Both the position numbers and the translations under genes were made by a program. The notes below the pieces were generated by a model. It searched no databases. It saw only the letters and a program-made list of their open reading frames with translations, and had not been told where the DNA came from. Of a stretch of DNA of 64,000 bases, positions 17,393 to 26,019 are shown one piece after another. The DNA is from Bryobacteraceae bacterium. Lineage in GTDB: Bacteria > Acidobacteriota > Terriglobia > Bryobacterales > Bryobacteraceae. Where the stretch lies: the NCBI GenBank assembly GCA_035508655.1, contig DATJMP010000123.1:6386-70385 (forward strand), given 5' to 3'. Each line of letters starts with the position of its first letter. The stretch's first letter is position 1.

Positions 17393-18319
17393 TTAAGCGG
17401 TGGCCGGCTGTGGGGCGGTGTGGCGGCGCGCCGTTTTGTGGGGCCGCGCTTTCTGCTTTTCCGGAGCATGCGCAGCTTTCGGCGCGGGACGGCCCACCAT
17501 GTCGAGCATCGCCTTCTGGGCGTCGACGAAGCTATCGACGGCGCTGCGGGCCACGCTGGAGAGCAGAGCGCCGGGCAGCGGATTTAGCGCATCGACGGTC
17601 TGGCGGACGCCCTTGGCCTCGACGGCCATCTGCTGCGCTGCAATATCGAGCAGCTTCTTCTGGGCGTCGATGAAGGCTTCCGCGCCTTCCCGCGCCAGCT
17701 CGGCGAATTCGGCGTGCTTGTGGCTGGGCTTTTGCCCGTTGCCTTCGCCGGTGGCGTGGGCGGTCTCTTCGGCCAGCACGTCCAGGAATTTCTTCTGGCT
17801 GCGAACGAAGTTCTCCATGGCCGCCCGGCCGAGCTCGGCGAGCTGATATCCGTCCAGGCTGCGGCCTTCGCGGGCGGCATCGATCCAGATATCGGTCTGC
17901 TTGGCGGCGATGGTGAGGAAGTGCTGCTGCATGTCGATGAAGGTGTCGATGCCGCGGCGCAGCAACTCCGCCATAGCGGCCACTGGGGCCGGGCCGGCGG
18001 CGCGCTCGCTCACCGCTCCCATGACGATTTCGTTCTGGCGCTCGGCCAGTTGCAGCAGGACGCGCTGAGCGGCGATGAAATTGGAAATACCTTCGCCGGC
18101 CACCTCGGTGAGCGCGTTGGCTGACGCGGAACCGGCGCTGGAGAGACGGTCGCGGACGACTTTGAGCGTATTTGTGTTCTGCCGCACAACCAGATCCAGG
18201 AGGATGCGTTGGGTGGCAAAGAAGCTTTCGGTCCCCTGACGGACCCAATCGGAAAGAATGCCCATGGTGGATGATCCCCAGCCGCGCGCTGCGGCCGCGG
18301 TCTTCGGCTTCGTTGGCAT
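17393..18319 (-). CDS. Phasin-like granule-associated protein with six tandem repeats and a basic tail
   Basis: 308 aa. Six about 46-residue repeats each carry F-[FIV]-x-x-Q-[RKQ]-x-[LF]-L-x-[LIVM] (ESFFATQRILLDLV, SNFIAAQRVLLQLA, DTFIDMQQHFLTIA, ENFVRSQKKFLDVL, EAFIDAQKKLLDIA, DSFVDAQKAMLDMV). Divergent from phaR. C-terminal tail is Pro/Lys/Arg-rich. Confidence 0.75.
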   Translation of the reverse strand: MPTKPKTAAAARGWGSSTMGILSDWVRQGTESFFATQRILLDLVVRQNTNTLKVVRDRLSSAGSASANALTEVAGEGISNFIAAQRVLLQLAERQNEIVMGAVSERAAGPAPVAAMAELLRRGIDTFIDMQQHFLTIAAKQTDIWIDAAREGRSLDGYQLAELGRAAMENFVRSQKKFLDVLAEETAHATGEGNGQKPSHKHAEFAELAREGAEAFIDAQKKLLDIAAQQMAVEAKGVRQTVDALNPLPGALLSSVARSAVDSFVDAQKAMLDMVGRPAPKAAHAPEKQKARPHKTARRHTAPQPATA

Positions 18320-18333
18320 GATCTACTCCTCGA

Positions 18334-18350
18334 TTGCTGCATCGCAGCAA
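18334..18350. promoter_or_regulatory. Candidate PhaR operator (TTGCTGC-atc-GCAGCAA palindrome)
   Basis: Perfect 7+7 palindrome in the 69-bp gap between the phasin-like gene and phaR. Its core is CTGC-N3-GCAG (18337-18347). Confidence 0.55.
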
Positions 18351-18388
18351 CTATCGGTATACTAGACCTGAAACTCGTTTGTGTCAAG

Positions 18389-18928
18389 ATGGAGAGAATG
18401 GCTGAGCCCACGGTAATCCGCAAATATCCGAACCGGCGGCTGTACAACACGTCCTCGGGCCGGTACGTGAACCTCGAGGAGCTGGCGGGGATGGTGCGGA
18501 GCGGAGCGGAAATCCAGGTGCTGGACGCGAAGAGCGGCGAGGACGTGACGCGTGTGGTGCTGACGCAGATCATTGTGGAGGATGCCAGGGAACGGCCCGC
18601 CGGCCTGCCGCTGGAACTGCTGCGGCAGCTCATTATGGCGACCGACCGGGCGGGGCAGGAGTTCCTGATGTGGTATCTCCAATCAGCGTTCGATGCGTAC
18701 CGCAAAGTACAGGAGCGCGTGCAGACGGGGCTGAGCGACGTGCAATCGGCGGCGCTTTCACCGCTGGGAATCGTGCGGAGCCTGTTCGCGCCGCAACCGG
18801 CATCGTCAGAGGCAGGAGAAGTGAAGGAGCTGCGGCGGCGCGTCCAGGAGCTCGAGATGATATTGACGGCTTCCGGGCGGCGGACAGGCGGAAAAAGAGC
18901 ACGGCCGAAAAAGAACAGGCGTGGCTGA
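18389..18928 (+). CDS. phaR: Polyhydroxyalkanoate synthesis repressor PhaR
   Basis: VIRKYPNRRLYNTSSGRYVNLEELAGMVRSGAEIQVLDAKSGEDVTRVVLTQIIVE is the hallmark PhaR N-terminal DNA-binding domain. Confidence 0.9.
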   Translation: MERMAEPTVIRKYPNRRLYNTSSGRYVNLEELAGMVRSGAEIQVLDAKSGEDVTRVVLTQIIVEDARERPAGLPLELLRQLIMATDRAGQEFLMWYLQSAFDAYRKVQERVQTGLSDVQSAALSPLGIVRSLFAPQPASSEAGEVKELRRRVQELEMILTASGRRTGGKRARPKKNRRG

Positions 18929-18941
18929 AGGGAGGTGACCC

Positions 18942-20519
18942 GTGGGGGCGGCGTGGGCGCCTTGGATGATGGCGTTGGGGGGAGCGCCGGCCGCGGAGAA
19001 GGTCCGGCTGATCCGTGAGTTGCTCGCCTCGCCGCCGGGGCAGGCGTGGCGGCGCGAAGCGGGTGCATGGGTGACGGCCCTCGCGCCTGTGGAAGCGCTG
19101 GTTCCGGAGTCCGCGCGGCAGTGGCGCCCGCTGGTGGCCGATGCGCTGCACTTTTTCTTTTCCCGCCTCTCGGATGAGCGTCTGGCCGTCAAGATCGCCG
19201 AGCAGATCGAGATGCCGCCGGATACGCCGCCCGAGCGGCGATTGCTTCGGCTCATTTCGAAGATGCCAGGACTGCAGAAGATCGGGCAGGTGCTGGCGCG
19301 CAACCGGAGCTTGACCCCAGCTCTACGGCAGGAGCTGACCCGGCTGGAGAACGGCATGTCGGACGTAAGTGCGGAGGAGGTGCGCGCGCGCATCGAAGCC
19401 GAACTCGGCCGGCGGCTGCAAGAATACCAGGTGGAGATGGAGGGCCGCATCCTCTCCGAAGCCAGCGTCAGCGCGGTGGTACGGTTCACCTGGAAGAACC
19501 CCGACCGCGAGCGCGAGCGCGGCGTGTTCAAAGTGCTCAAGCCCTACGTGCCGGATTGTTTCGCGGAGGATATGGCGCTGCTGCAGGGGCTGGGAAATTA
19601 CCTGGCCGGGGGCGGCCACGAATACGGATTCGCTCTGCGCGATATCGACGAGATGATTACCGAGGTGCGGCTGCTGCTGGAGCGCGAGCTGGATTTCACG
19701 CGCGAGCAGTCCACCCTGGCCGAGGCGGCGCGCACGTACCGGTCGACGCTGGGCGTGCGGGTGCCGCGGGTCATCGCACCGCTTTCGACGCCGCGCATCA
19801 CGGCGATGACGGAAGAGACGGGGGTCAAAGTGACGGACGCCTTCCGCCGCTCGCCGATTCGCCGCAGCCGCATTGCAGGACAGATCGTGGAGGCGCTGAT
19901 CGCGGTACCGCTGTTTTCCGGGCAGCGGGTCTCCATGTTTCACGCCGACCCGCACGCCGGCAACCTGCTCTACGACGAGCCGAACCGCGAGCTGATCGTG
20001 CTCGACTGGGCGTTGGCGGAGAGCCTCAGCCGAGAGGCGCGGCGGGGTTTGGTGATGCTGGCGGTGATGACGGTGCTTGAGAACGCGGGGGGCGTGCGCA
20101 AAGCGGTGCGCAGCCTGCGAAAGCCGGGCGCGGGACGGCGGGCGGCGTTACGCATCATCGACCGCGCCGTGGATGATTTCTTCGCATCGATTCCACCCGG
20201 CCGGATGCCGGGAGTGCTGGACGCGATGCATCTGCTGGATGAAATCGCGCTGCAGGGGGTGCATTTCGCTGCGCCGCTCTTCCTGTTCCGCAAGAGCCTG
20301 TTTACACTGGACGGCGTGCTGCAGGATGTGGCGGGCGAGGAAGTGCGTATGGATACGGTGATGGTACGGCATTTCCTGACGCGATGGGCGGCGAGCCTGG
20401 GTCTACTGTATGCTCCGCTGGAAATGGCCGATTTCCTGAAGCTGGAATGGAGCGCGCTGCTGTACGCGGCGCGGACGTGGATACCGGGCCTGCGGGCGGG
20501 TGATGCCAGTGCCGGATGA
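18942..20519 (+). CDS. ABC1/UbiB/AarF-family atypical protein kinase
   Basis: 525 aa; GTG start 13 nt after the phaR stop. ...KIGQVLA...SEASVSAVVRF...VFKVLKP...FHADPHAGNLLY...VLDWA, the ABC1 kinase motifs. Confidence 0.9.
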   Translation: MGAAWAPWMMALGGAPAAEKVRLIRELLASPPGQAWRREAGAWVTALAPVEALVPESARQWRPLVADALHFFFSRLSDERLAVKIAEQIEMPPDTPPERRLLRLISKMPGLQKIGQVLARNRSLTPALRQELTRLENGMSDVSAEEVRARIEAELGRRLQEYQVEMEGRILSEASVSAVVRFTWKNPDRERERGVFKVLKPYVPDCFAEDMALLQGLGNYLAGGGHEYGFALRDIDEMITEVRLLLERELDFTREQSTLAEAARTYRSTLGVRVPRVIAPLSTPRITAMTEETGVKVTDAFRRSPIRRSRIAGQIVEALIAVPLFSGQRVSMFHADPHAGNLLYDEPNRELIVLDWALAESLSREARRGLVMLAVMTVLENAGGVRKAVRSLRKPGAGRRAALRIIDRAVDDFFASIPPGRMPGVLDAMHLLDEIALQGVHFAAPLFLFRKSLFTLDGVLQDVAGEEVRMDTVMVRHFLTRWAASLGLLYAPLEMADFLKLEWSALLYAARTWIPGLRAGDASAG

Positions 20520-20608
20520 CGTGCAGTCCGCAGCCCGCGCCTCGGCATCAGGCGACGGCCCAGACAGGGCCGGATGCGCCCCACCGCGGAAGCTCAATCG
20601 GCTTTAAC

Positions 20609-21382
20609 TCAATTCCGCTTTAAGATGTTCCCGCCGAAATTGAAACAGGGGCCGGCGGCGAATCGAACCGTGAAACGGCCGTCCTTGAGCAAATCGTTGA
20701 ACAAATGATCGTAAACCAGGTCCGCCTGGGTGCGCCAGCCGAGATGCTTGGTAAAGAGCACGTCGAAGCCGCCCCCGAAGCCGTAAAACACGGTGTTATC
20801 GGTTTTGGTTCCGGAAGCTGGCACCAGTCCCAGTTGCTGAAAACCGGACACGACCAGATTCTGAATTGCATCGACGGGGTGCGGGGTGGCGCTTTCGTGA
20901 ATCACGCCGGCAAATACCGGGCGCAAGAATAAAGTCACGTGCTTCAGGTGCCGGTAGGCAAGCTGCGGGCCGGCGGCAAAGGTCTGAGTGACGGAATGGG
21001 CCGGAATCACGAGCGAGTATCCTGCCGGGACCAGTCCCGCGGCCGCCAGTTGCTGCAGTTCTCCGCCCAGCGTGGTTTGCAGCGACGTCAGGAGCAGGTT
21101 CGGTGTGAGGGTCAGATCGCCCGACGAACGGGTGTAGTCGAACCCCAGCGACAACCACTGGCGCGGCCTGACCCCGAATTGAAAGCCAAAACCATTTTCG
21201 AAAAGACCGATGTGCGGGCTATCGAGAAAGGAATATCCCACGAAAGAGTCAAAGCGCTGCACATCCGTCTGCTGGGCATGCACCGGGGCTGCAAGCAGAG
21301 CGAACGCCAACAGCACTGCGGAAACAAAATAGGTGAGAAACCGTATTCGGGCATCGGTTCCAGCGCTCCGAAGTTTGGGCAT
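20609..21382 (-). CDS. Outer-membrane beta-barrel protein
   Basis: Track ORF trimmed to MPKLRSAG...LLAFALLAAPVHAQQ (signal peptide; AGGAAGGAAGG upstream). Alternating hydrophobic beta-strand pattern and a C-terminal aromatic residue close to the end (NFGGNILKRN). Start uncertain; 21481 is possible. Confidence 0.7.
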   Translation of the reverse strand: MPKLRSAGTDARIRFLTYFVSAVLLAFALLAAPVHAQQTDVQRFDSFVGYSFLDSPHIGLFENGFGFQFGVRPRQWLSLGFDYTRSSGDLTLTPNLLLTSLQTTLGGELQQLAAAGLVPAGYSLVIPAHSVTQTFAAGPQLAYRHLKHVTLFLRPVFAGVIHESATPHPVDAIQNLVVSGFQQLGLVPASGTKTDNTVFYGFGGGFDVLFTKHLGWRTQADLVYDHLFNDLLKDGRFTVRFAAGPCFNFGGNILKRN

Positions 21383-21486
21383 GAAGACCTTCCTTCCTCT
21401 GGGTGCCATGATTTCAGCCGGAATTTCCATTTGCGATGCTTGGCCCCAACGATTATATATCCCGATTGCAGATTTTGACATCTTTT

Positions 21487-23136
21487 TTACGCTTGTCCAT
21501 CCTGGATCAATTGAACGTCACCCGGCGGCTGCGCGCGCGGGATGAAACTCATGGCGCGCTCGGTCATGGCGAGAATGGTCAAACTGGGATTGACGCCCAA
21601 GTTATCCGCGATCACCGAGCCATCACAGACGTAAGCATTGCGGTAGCCGAACAGGCGCTGGCGCGCATCCACCACGCCCGTGCTCGGGGAAAAGCCGATG
21701 GGGCAGCCGCCTAGGATGTGGGCTGTGGTGGGGACATCGAAGAGAATTTCGGTCAGCATACTCATGGGCATCCCGCCGGTAAGGCCGGCAATGGTGCGGG
21801 CATACTCATTGGCCCGGGGAATGAAGGTGGGAACACGCGCGCCGCGGCTCATCAGCATGGAGTGAAAAGGCCAGAACCAGGGCCGGCCAAGCCGCATTTC
21901 GATCTGCACGTCGCGCGTCTGCATGCACAGCAGGATGAGGGCTTCGCGGGCGAAGCCGAAGGGATGCAGGCAGCGCAGGGTGCGCAACGGATGACGGGCC
22001 AGGGCGGCGGCCAGCGTACCCACCCAGAAGAGCAGGCGGGCACGCCCGCGGCGGCGGGTGAGCGGCGTGGCGAGGAGTCCCATGGCGTCGGACCCGGAGG
22101 GGTAGCGGACGGCCTCGACGTGCGTCTCGTGGTCGAGGTAGACGCCGGAGCCGATGGCGACGCCTTGCGATAGGTCCTGGCGGAAACCCGGGGAGCGCAC
22201 GCCAATCAGCGATTCGGCGTTGGTGCGGACGTGCGTACCGAGGCAGTCGCTGACAGCCGGCATCGAACCGCGCCGCTTTAGCCGGAACAGGAGGTCCATG
22301 GTGCCCAACGCGGAGGCGGCGAACACCACGCCGCGGCAGGTGAAGCGGCTCGGCCGTCGGCGCATCCACGCGGTGGAGCAGACGGTGCGAAGTTCGTAGC
22401 CCCGGCTGCCGTCCAGGGTGCCGTCCAGCGGTTTGACATCCACCACGCGCGTGGCCGGGAACACGCGTGCGCCATGTTTTTCCGCCAGGAATAGATAGTT
22501 CTTATCCAGGGTATTTTTGGCATTGTAACGGCAGCCCATCATGCAGCCGCCGCAGCCGATGCAGGTGGCGCGATCCGGCCCTTCTCCGCCGAAATAGGGA
22601 TCGGAATGGGTCTGGCCCGGCGGTTCGCCAAGCGGCGCGAAGTAGGTGGCCACTTGCGTGGGCCGGAAGGTCGCAGCCGCACCGGAGGCTTCGGCGGCGC
22701 GCCGAAGGAGCTCGTCGGCCGGGCCTGGGATGCAGTTTTCGACCACACCGAGCATGCGGCGGGCTGTGGCGTAGTGCGCGCGCATTTCGGCCCGCCAGTC
22801 GGCCAGGCCTGCCCAGCAGCCGGTCTCCCAGGCGGAATCCGCAGGAGCCAGCAGCGTGTTGGCATAGGTGATGGAACCGCCGCCCACCGCCGACCCGTGC
22901 AGAATCAGGACGTGGCGGAACGGCTCGATATTGAAGAACCCGCGCAGGCCCAGATGCGGCCGCCAGATCCAGCGCCGGATACTCCAGTTGGTTTTGGGGA
23001 GGTTTCGGGGTGCCCAACGAAGGCCCATCTCCATGACCGCCACGCGGTAGCCCTTTTCCGTCAGCCGGTGAGCGGCCACGCTTCCACCGAAACCGGAACC
23101 GATCACGATGTAGTCGTAATCGAATGCGCCGGCCAT
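21487..23136 (-). CDS. GMC-family FAD oxidoreductase (cholesterol/alcohol-oxidase-like)
   Basis: DYIVIGSGFGGSVAAHRLTEKGYRVAVMEMG (FAD GxGxxG fold); 549 aa; C-terminal ...HILGGCPIG...DGSVI. Confidence 0.9.
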   Translation of the reverse strand: MAGAFDYDYIVIGSGFGGSVAAHRLTEKGYRVAVMEMGLRWAPRNLPKTNWSIRRWIWRPHLGLRGFFNIEPFRHVLILHGSAVGGGSITYANTLLAPADSAWETGCWAGLADWRAEMRAHYATARRMLGVVENCIPGPADELLRRAAEASGAAATFRPTQVATYFAPLGEPPGQTHSDPYFGGEGPDRATCIGCGGCMMGCRYNAKNTLDKNYLFLAEKHGARVFPATRVVDVKPLDGTLDGSRGYELRTVCSTAWMRRRPSRFTCRGVVFAASALGTMDLLFRLKRRGSMPAVSDCLGTHVRTNAESLIGVRSPGFRQDLSQGVAIGSGVYLDHETHVEAVRYPSGSDAMGLLATPLTRRRGRARLLFWVGTLAAALARHPLRTLRCLHPFGFAREALILLCMQTRDVQIEMRLGRPWFWPFHSMLMSRGARVPTFIPRANEYARTIAGLTGGMPMSMLTEILFDVPTTAHILGGCPIGFSPSTGVVDARQRLFGYRNAYVCDGSVIADNLGVNPSLTILAMTERAMSFIPRAQPPGDVQLIQDGQA

Positions 23137-23196
23137 TGCTTTTTGCCTCCGAGTCTATTATTAAGTAATTTCAGATTCTCTTGACAGGAAAATTAC

Positions 23197-23574
23197 ATGC
23201 GTAAGTTGCCGGCCGTGGAAGAGGCGAAGCAGTTATTCGAAGAAGCTAAGGAGTGGGGCATGTGGCGCTGGCTGGCGGAAAAGCGGCGGGCGCGGCGCAC
23301 GGCCGATTCGGCGTGGGAAGCCCTGGAGGCGTGCGAAAAGAAAGTGAGGGACGGTTGGGATACCGCGACACGGGAAGCGTTTCAGCACGACAAGGCGCTG
23401 CACGCCGCCGACCGCAAGGCCCACAAAGCGCGAATGGATGCGGAAGCACACTTCGACGAGGCCGACCGTCGCATGAGCGCGGAGATGGCGCGGGAGGGTG
23501 CGCAGATGGCGATCGACGCGTGGGAGATGCGAGAGCAGCTTATCCGGAGGCTGGAATCCTTAGGCCGCAAGTAA
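23197..23574 (+). CDS. Hypothetical helical protein (125 aa, charged, Trp-rich)
   Basis: Only good ORF in the gap; ATG start. No family recognised. Confidence 0.55.
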   Translation: MRKLPAVEEAKQLFEEAKEWGMWRWLAEKRRARRTADSAWEALEACEKKVRDGWDTATREAFQHDKALHAADRKAHKARMDAEAHFDEADRRMSAEMAREGAQMAIDAWEMREQLIRRLESLGRK

Positions 23575-23741
23575 GTAGACGCAGCCCTAAATCACCGCGT
23601 TCCACATCGAGCTGACTGTTAAGTTAACTTCTAGTGCTGCAGCTTACAGTTTGCGCGAGCGGAATGGGCAAATACGGCGACGATTGGGTGTAAGTGCTGC
23701 AGACTCCAACAGGTTACACGTTGGATCGCGAACCATCCGCA

Positions 23742-23771
23742 TTGACAGTCCGGGCAAATAATTGATATGTT
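23742..23771 (+). promoter_or_regulatory. Sigma-70-like promoter upstream of the acyl-CoA synthetase gene
   Basis: TTGACA (23742-23747), 18-nt spacer, extended -10 TGaTATGTT (23763-23771), about 20 nt before ATG 23790. Confidence 0.4.
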
Positions 23772-23789
23772 ACCGGTGGGTAAGTTTCG

Positions 23790-25547
23790 ATGAAGATCGC
23801 CCGGGAAGATCTGCCGCTCCAGCGAGTCTACAGCTGGGAGCGAGAGCGCTCCGGCCGCGTCTTCCTCACGCAGCCTTCGGGCGGCGGCCACGTGCGGAAC
23901 TGGACTTGGGCCCAGGCGCTGGACGAAGCCCGCCGGATGGCGGCATATCTTCGCGCGCAGGGTTGGGAGCCGGGGTCGCGGGTTGCCATTTTCTCCAAAA
24001 ACTGCGCGTGGTGGATCATGAGCGACTTGGCCATCTGGATGGCAGGCCACGTTAGCGTACCCATCTATCCGTCCCTGCGCCCCTTCTCTGCGCGTCAAAT
24101 TCTGGAGCATAGTGGTGCCAAGGCCTGCTTCCTCGGAGCGACTGAAGAGAAGCAGCCGGCCGGATGGCCGCTGCCGGATGGCGTGGCCTGGATCGAGTTC
24201 CCGAACGCGAATCATGATGGCGACCCGTACGGACCTGGCTGGGATGAAGTGATGCAGGCTCATTCGCCCGTGACCGGTTTTCCGGAACGGTCCGCTGAAG
24301 AGCTGGCAACCATCATCTACACCTCCGGCACGACAGGCACGCCGAAAGGTGTCATGCACCGGTTCGGCAGCTTGGCGTTCGACGCCCGCATTCTGGCCGA
24401 CGCGCTGGGGCTGAGGAACGGCGAGCGGGTTTTGTCTTACCTGCCGCTGGCGCATATCGTGGAACGGGCGGGAATCGAGGCCAACGCGTTCCTGCTGGGC
24501 TGGCATCTCTTCTTCACCGAAAGCCTGGAGACCTTCCTTGCCGATCTGCGCCGCGCTCGTCCCACGCTCTTCGTCTCCGTGCCGCGCCTGCTGCTGAAGT
24601 TTCAGCAAGGAGTATTCGCCAGGATCCCGCGAGAAAAACTCGCGCGGCTGCTGCGCATACCAGGCGTCCGCGCCCTGGTGAAGCGGCGGATTCTGCGGCA
24701 GCTCGGCCTGGACACGGTACGGTATGCCGCATGCGGCGCCGCGCCGCTTCCGCCAGATCTGCTCCACTGGTACCGCAACCTGGGGCTCGAACTATTGGAA
24801 GGCTACGGCATGACGGAGACCATGATCACCCACCTGCCGCGTCCGGGCGGGGTGCGGGTCGGGTACGTGGGCGCTGCGCTGCCGGGCGTCGAAACCAGGC
24901 TCGGGGAAAACGGCGAGCTGCTGGTTCGCAGCCCGATGAACATGGCCGGCTACTACCGGGAGCCGGAGATGACGGCGGTGGCGTTCACCGAAGACCAATT
25001 TTTCAAAACCGGCGACATGGTGAGCATCGACGAAGCCGGCCAGGTAAAAATCATCGGACGCCTCAAGGAGCAATTCAAAACCAGCAAGGGGAAGTACGTG
25101 GCGCCGGCGCCGATCGAATCGCGGCTGATGGAGCATCCATCGGTCGAAGCCTGCTGCCTGATGGGCAGCGGGCAGCCGAGCCCGTTTGCTGTGCTGACGC
25201 TGTCGGAAGGCGCCCTGCGGCAATCCAGCGACCCCGCGGCGCGCGCAGCGATCGAGCGGTCATTGCGAGAGCTGATGGAGTCAGTGAACGCCACGCTCAA
25301 TCCGTTCGAGCGCCTTTCGATGATCGTCATCGCCGAAGGCCCCTGGACGGTGGCCAACGGGCTGGTCACGCCCACTCTTAAGCTGCGCCGCAGCCTGCTG
25401 GAGGCCCGCTACCAGGAGAGAATCGACGAATGGCGGGCAGAGGGTGCGATCGTGGTGTGGGAATCGAATCCCGCTCGAGCCGCCGGTGTGCCGTCGAACC
25501 CCGCTCCGAACCCGCAGGAACAGGGTGCGCCTCCCGTACGCTCTTGA
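23790..25547 (+). CDS. Long-chain acyl-CoA synthetase (AMP-forming, FadD-like)
   Basis: 585 aa; AMP-binding motif IIYTSGTTGTPKGVMH, ...EGYGMTE..., ...GDMVSIDEAGQVKIIGRLKEQFKTSKGKYVAP. Confidence 0.9.
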   Translation: MKIAREDLPLQRVYSWERERSGRVFLTQPSGGGHVRNWTWAQALDEARRMAAYLRAQGWEPGSRVAIFSKNCAWWIMSDLAIWMAGHVSVPIYPSLRPFSARQILEHSGAKACFLGATEEKQPAGWPLPDGVAWIEFPNANHDGDPYGPGWDEVMQAHSPVTGFPERSAEELATIIYTSGTTGTPKGVMHRFGSLAFDARILADALGLRNGERVLSYLPLAHIVERAGIEANAFLLGWHLFFTESLETFLADLRRARPTLFVSVPRLLLKFQQGVFARIPREKLARLLRIPGVRALVKRRILRQLGLDTVRYAACGAAPLPPDLLHWYRNLGLELLEGYGMTETMITHLPRPGGVRVGYVGAALPGVETRLGENGELLVRSPMNMAGYYREPEMTAVAFTEDQFFKTGDMVSIDEAGQVKIIGRLKEQFKTSKGKYVAPAPIESRLMEHPSVEACCLMGSGQPSPFAVLTLSEGALRQSSDPAARAAIERSLRELMESVNATLNPFERLSMIVIAEGPWTVANGLVTPTLKLRRSLLEARYQERIDEWRAEGAIVVWESNPARAAGVPSNPAPNPQEQGAPPVRS

Positions 25548-25659
25548 ACGGTTCGGTTCTCTTTTGCCTTCGTGTCAAGCGGTCGCCTGCCCGCGGGACA
25601 GCGTGAATTGTTTCGGATCTGGCAATCCGTTATCCTTGTGTGTGGAGGGTGTTGCTTCG

Positions 25660-26019
25660 ATGGGCGCCGTGAATCTGCTGGTATCGGGAATCAGTTACTT
25701 CGGGCATTTGATCGGTGCGGGCTGGCAAGGCGCGGCGGAGGTGCGGCCGCCGGAGGAGAGGCGGCCGGATGCGGGCTTGTGGACCCCGGCCGCGGTCGGC
25801 GCCGCCTTGGGGCTTTTGAGCGTGCGCGTTCTCGGGAAGCGGAAATCCGCCGCCATGGTCGCCCTGGGCGGCGCGATCGGAACGGTTGTCGGCTTCAGCG
25901 CGGCCGCGGCGTGGGCATCGCGCGGGATGGTCGGTCCGGCGGTGCGCGGTGCAGTGCGAAACATGGGCGCCGTGCGGGACGCACGCTGGCTGGAAACCAA
26001 CCCTATCGATTACGCCTGA
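25660..26019 (+). CDS. Small hypothetical membrane protein (119 aa)
   Basis: Part of track ORF 25444..26019 from MGAVNLLVSGISYF, with GGAGGG 10 nt upstream. Two or three Gly/Ala-rich hydrophobic segments. Confidence 0.5.
   Translation: MGAVNLLVSGISYFGHLIGAGWQGAAEVRPPEERRPDAGLWTPAAVGAALGLLSVRVLGKRKSAAMVALGGAIGTVVGFSAAAAWASRGMVGPAVRGAVRNMGAVRDARWLETNPIDYA

Noticed and set aside
18010-19068. 352-aa and other antisense ORFs over the phasin-like/phaR/ABC1 region (17532..18350, 18633..19151, 18806..19540)
   Set aside because: They are low-complexity Pro/Arg/Ser-rich translations antisense to genes with hallmark motifs.
23181-23186. TTGACA as a -35 box for the 23197 gene
   Set aside because: It lies only 10 nt before the ATG, which is too close to serve that gene. 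It may be coincidental.
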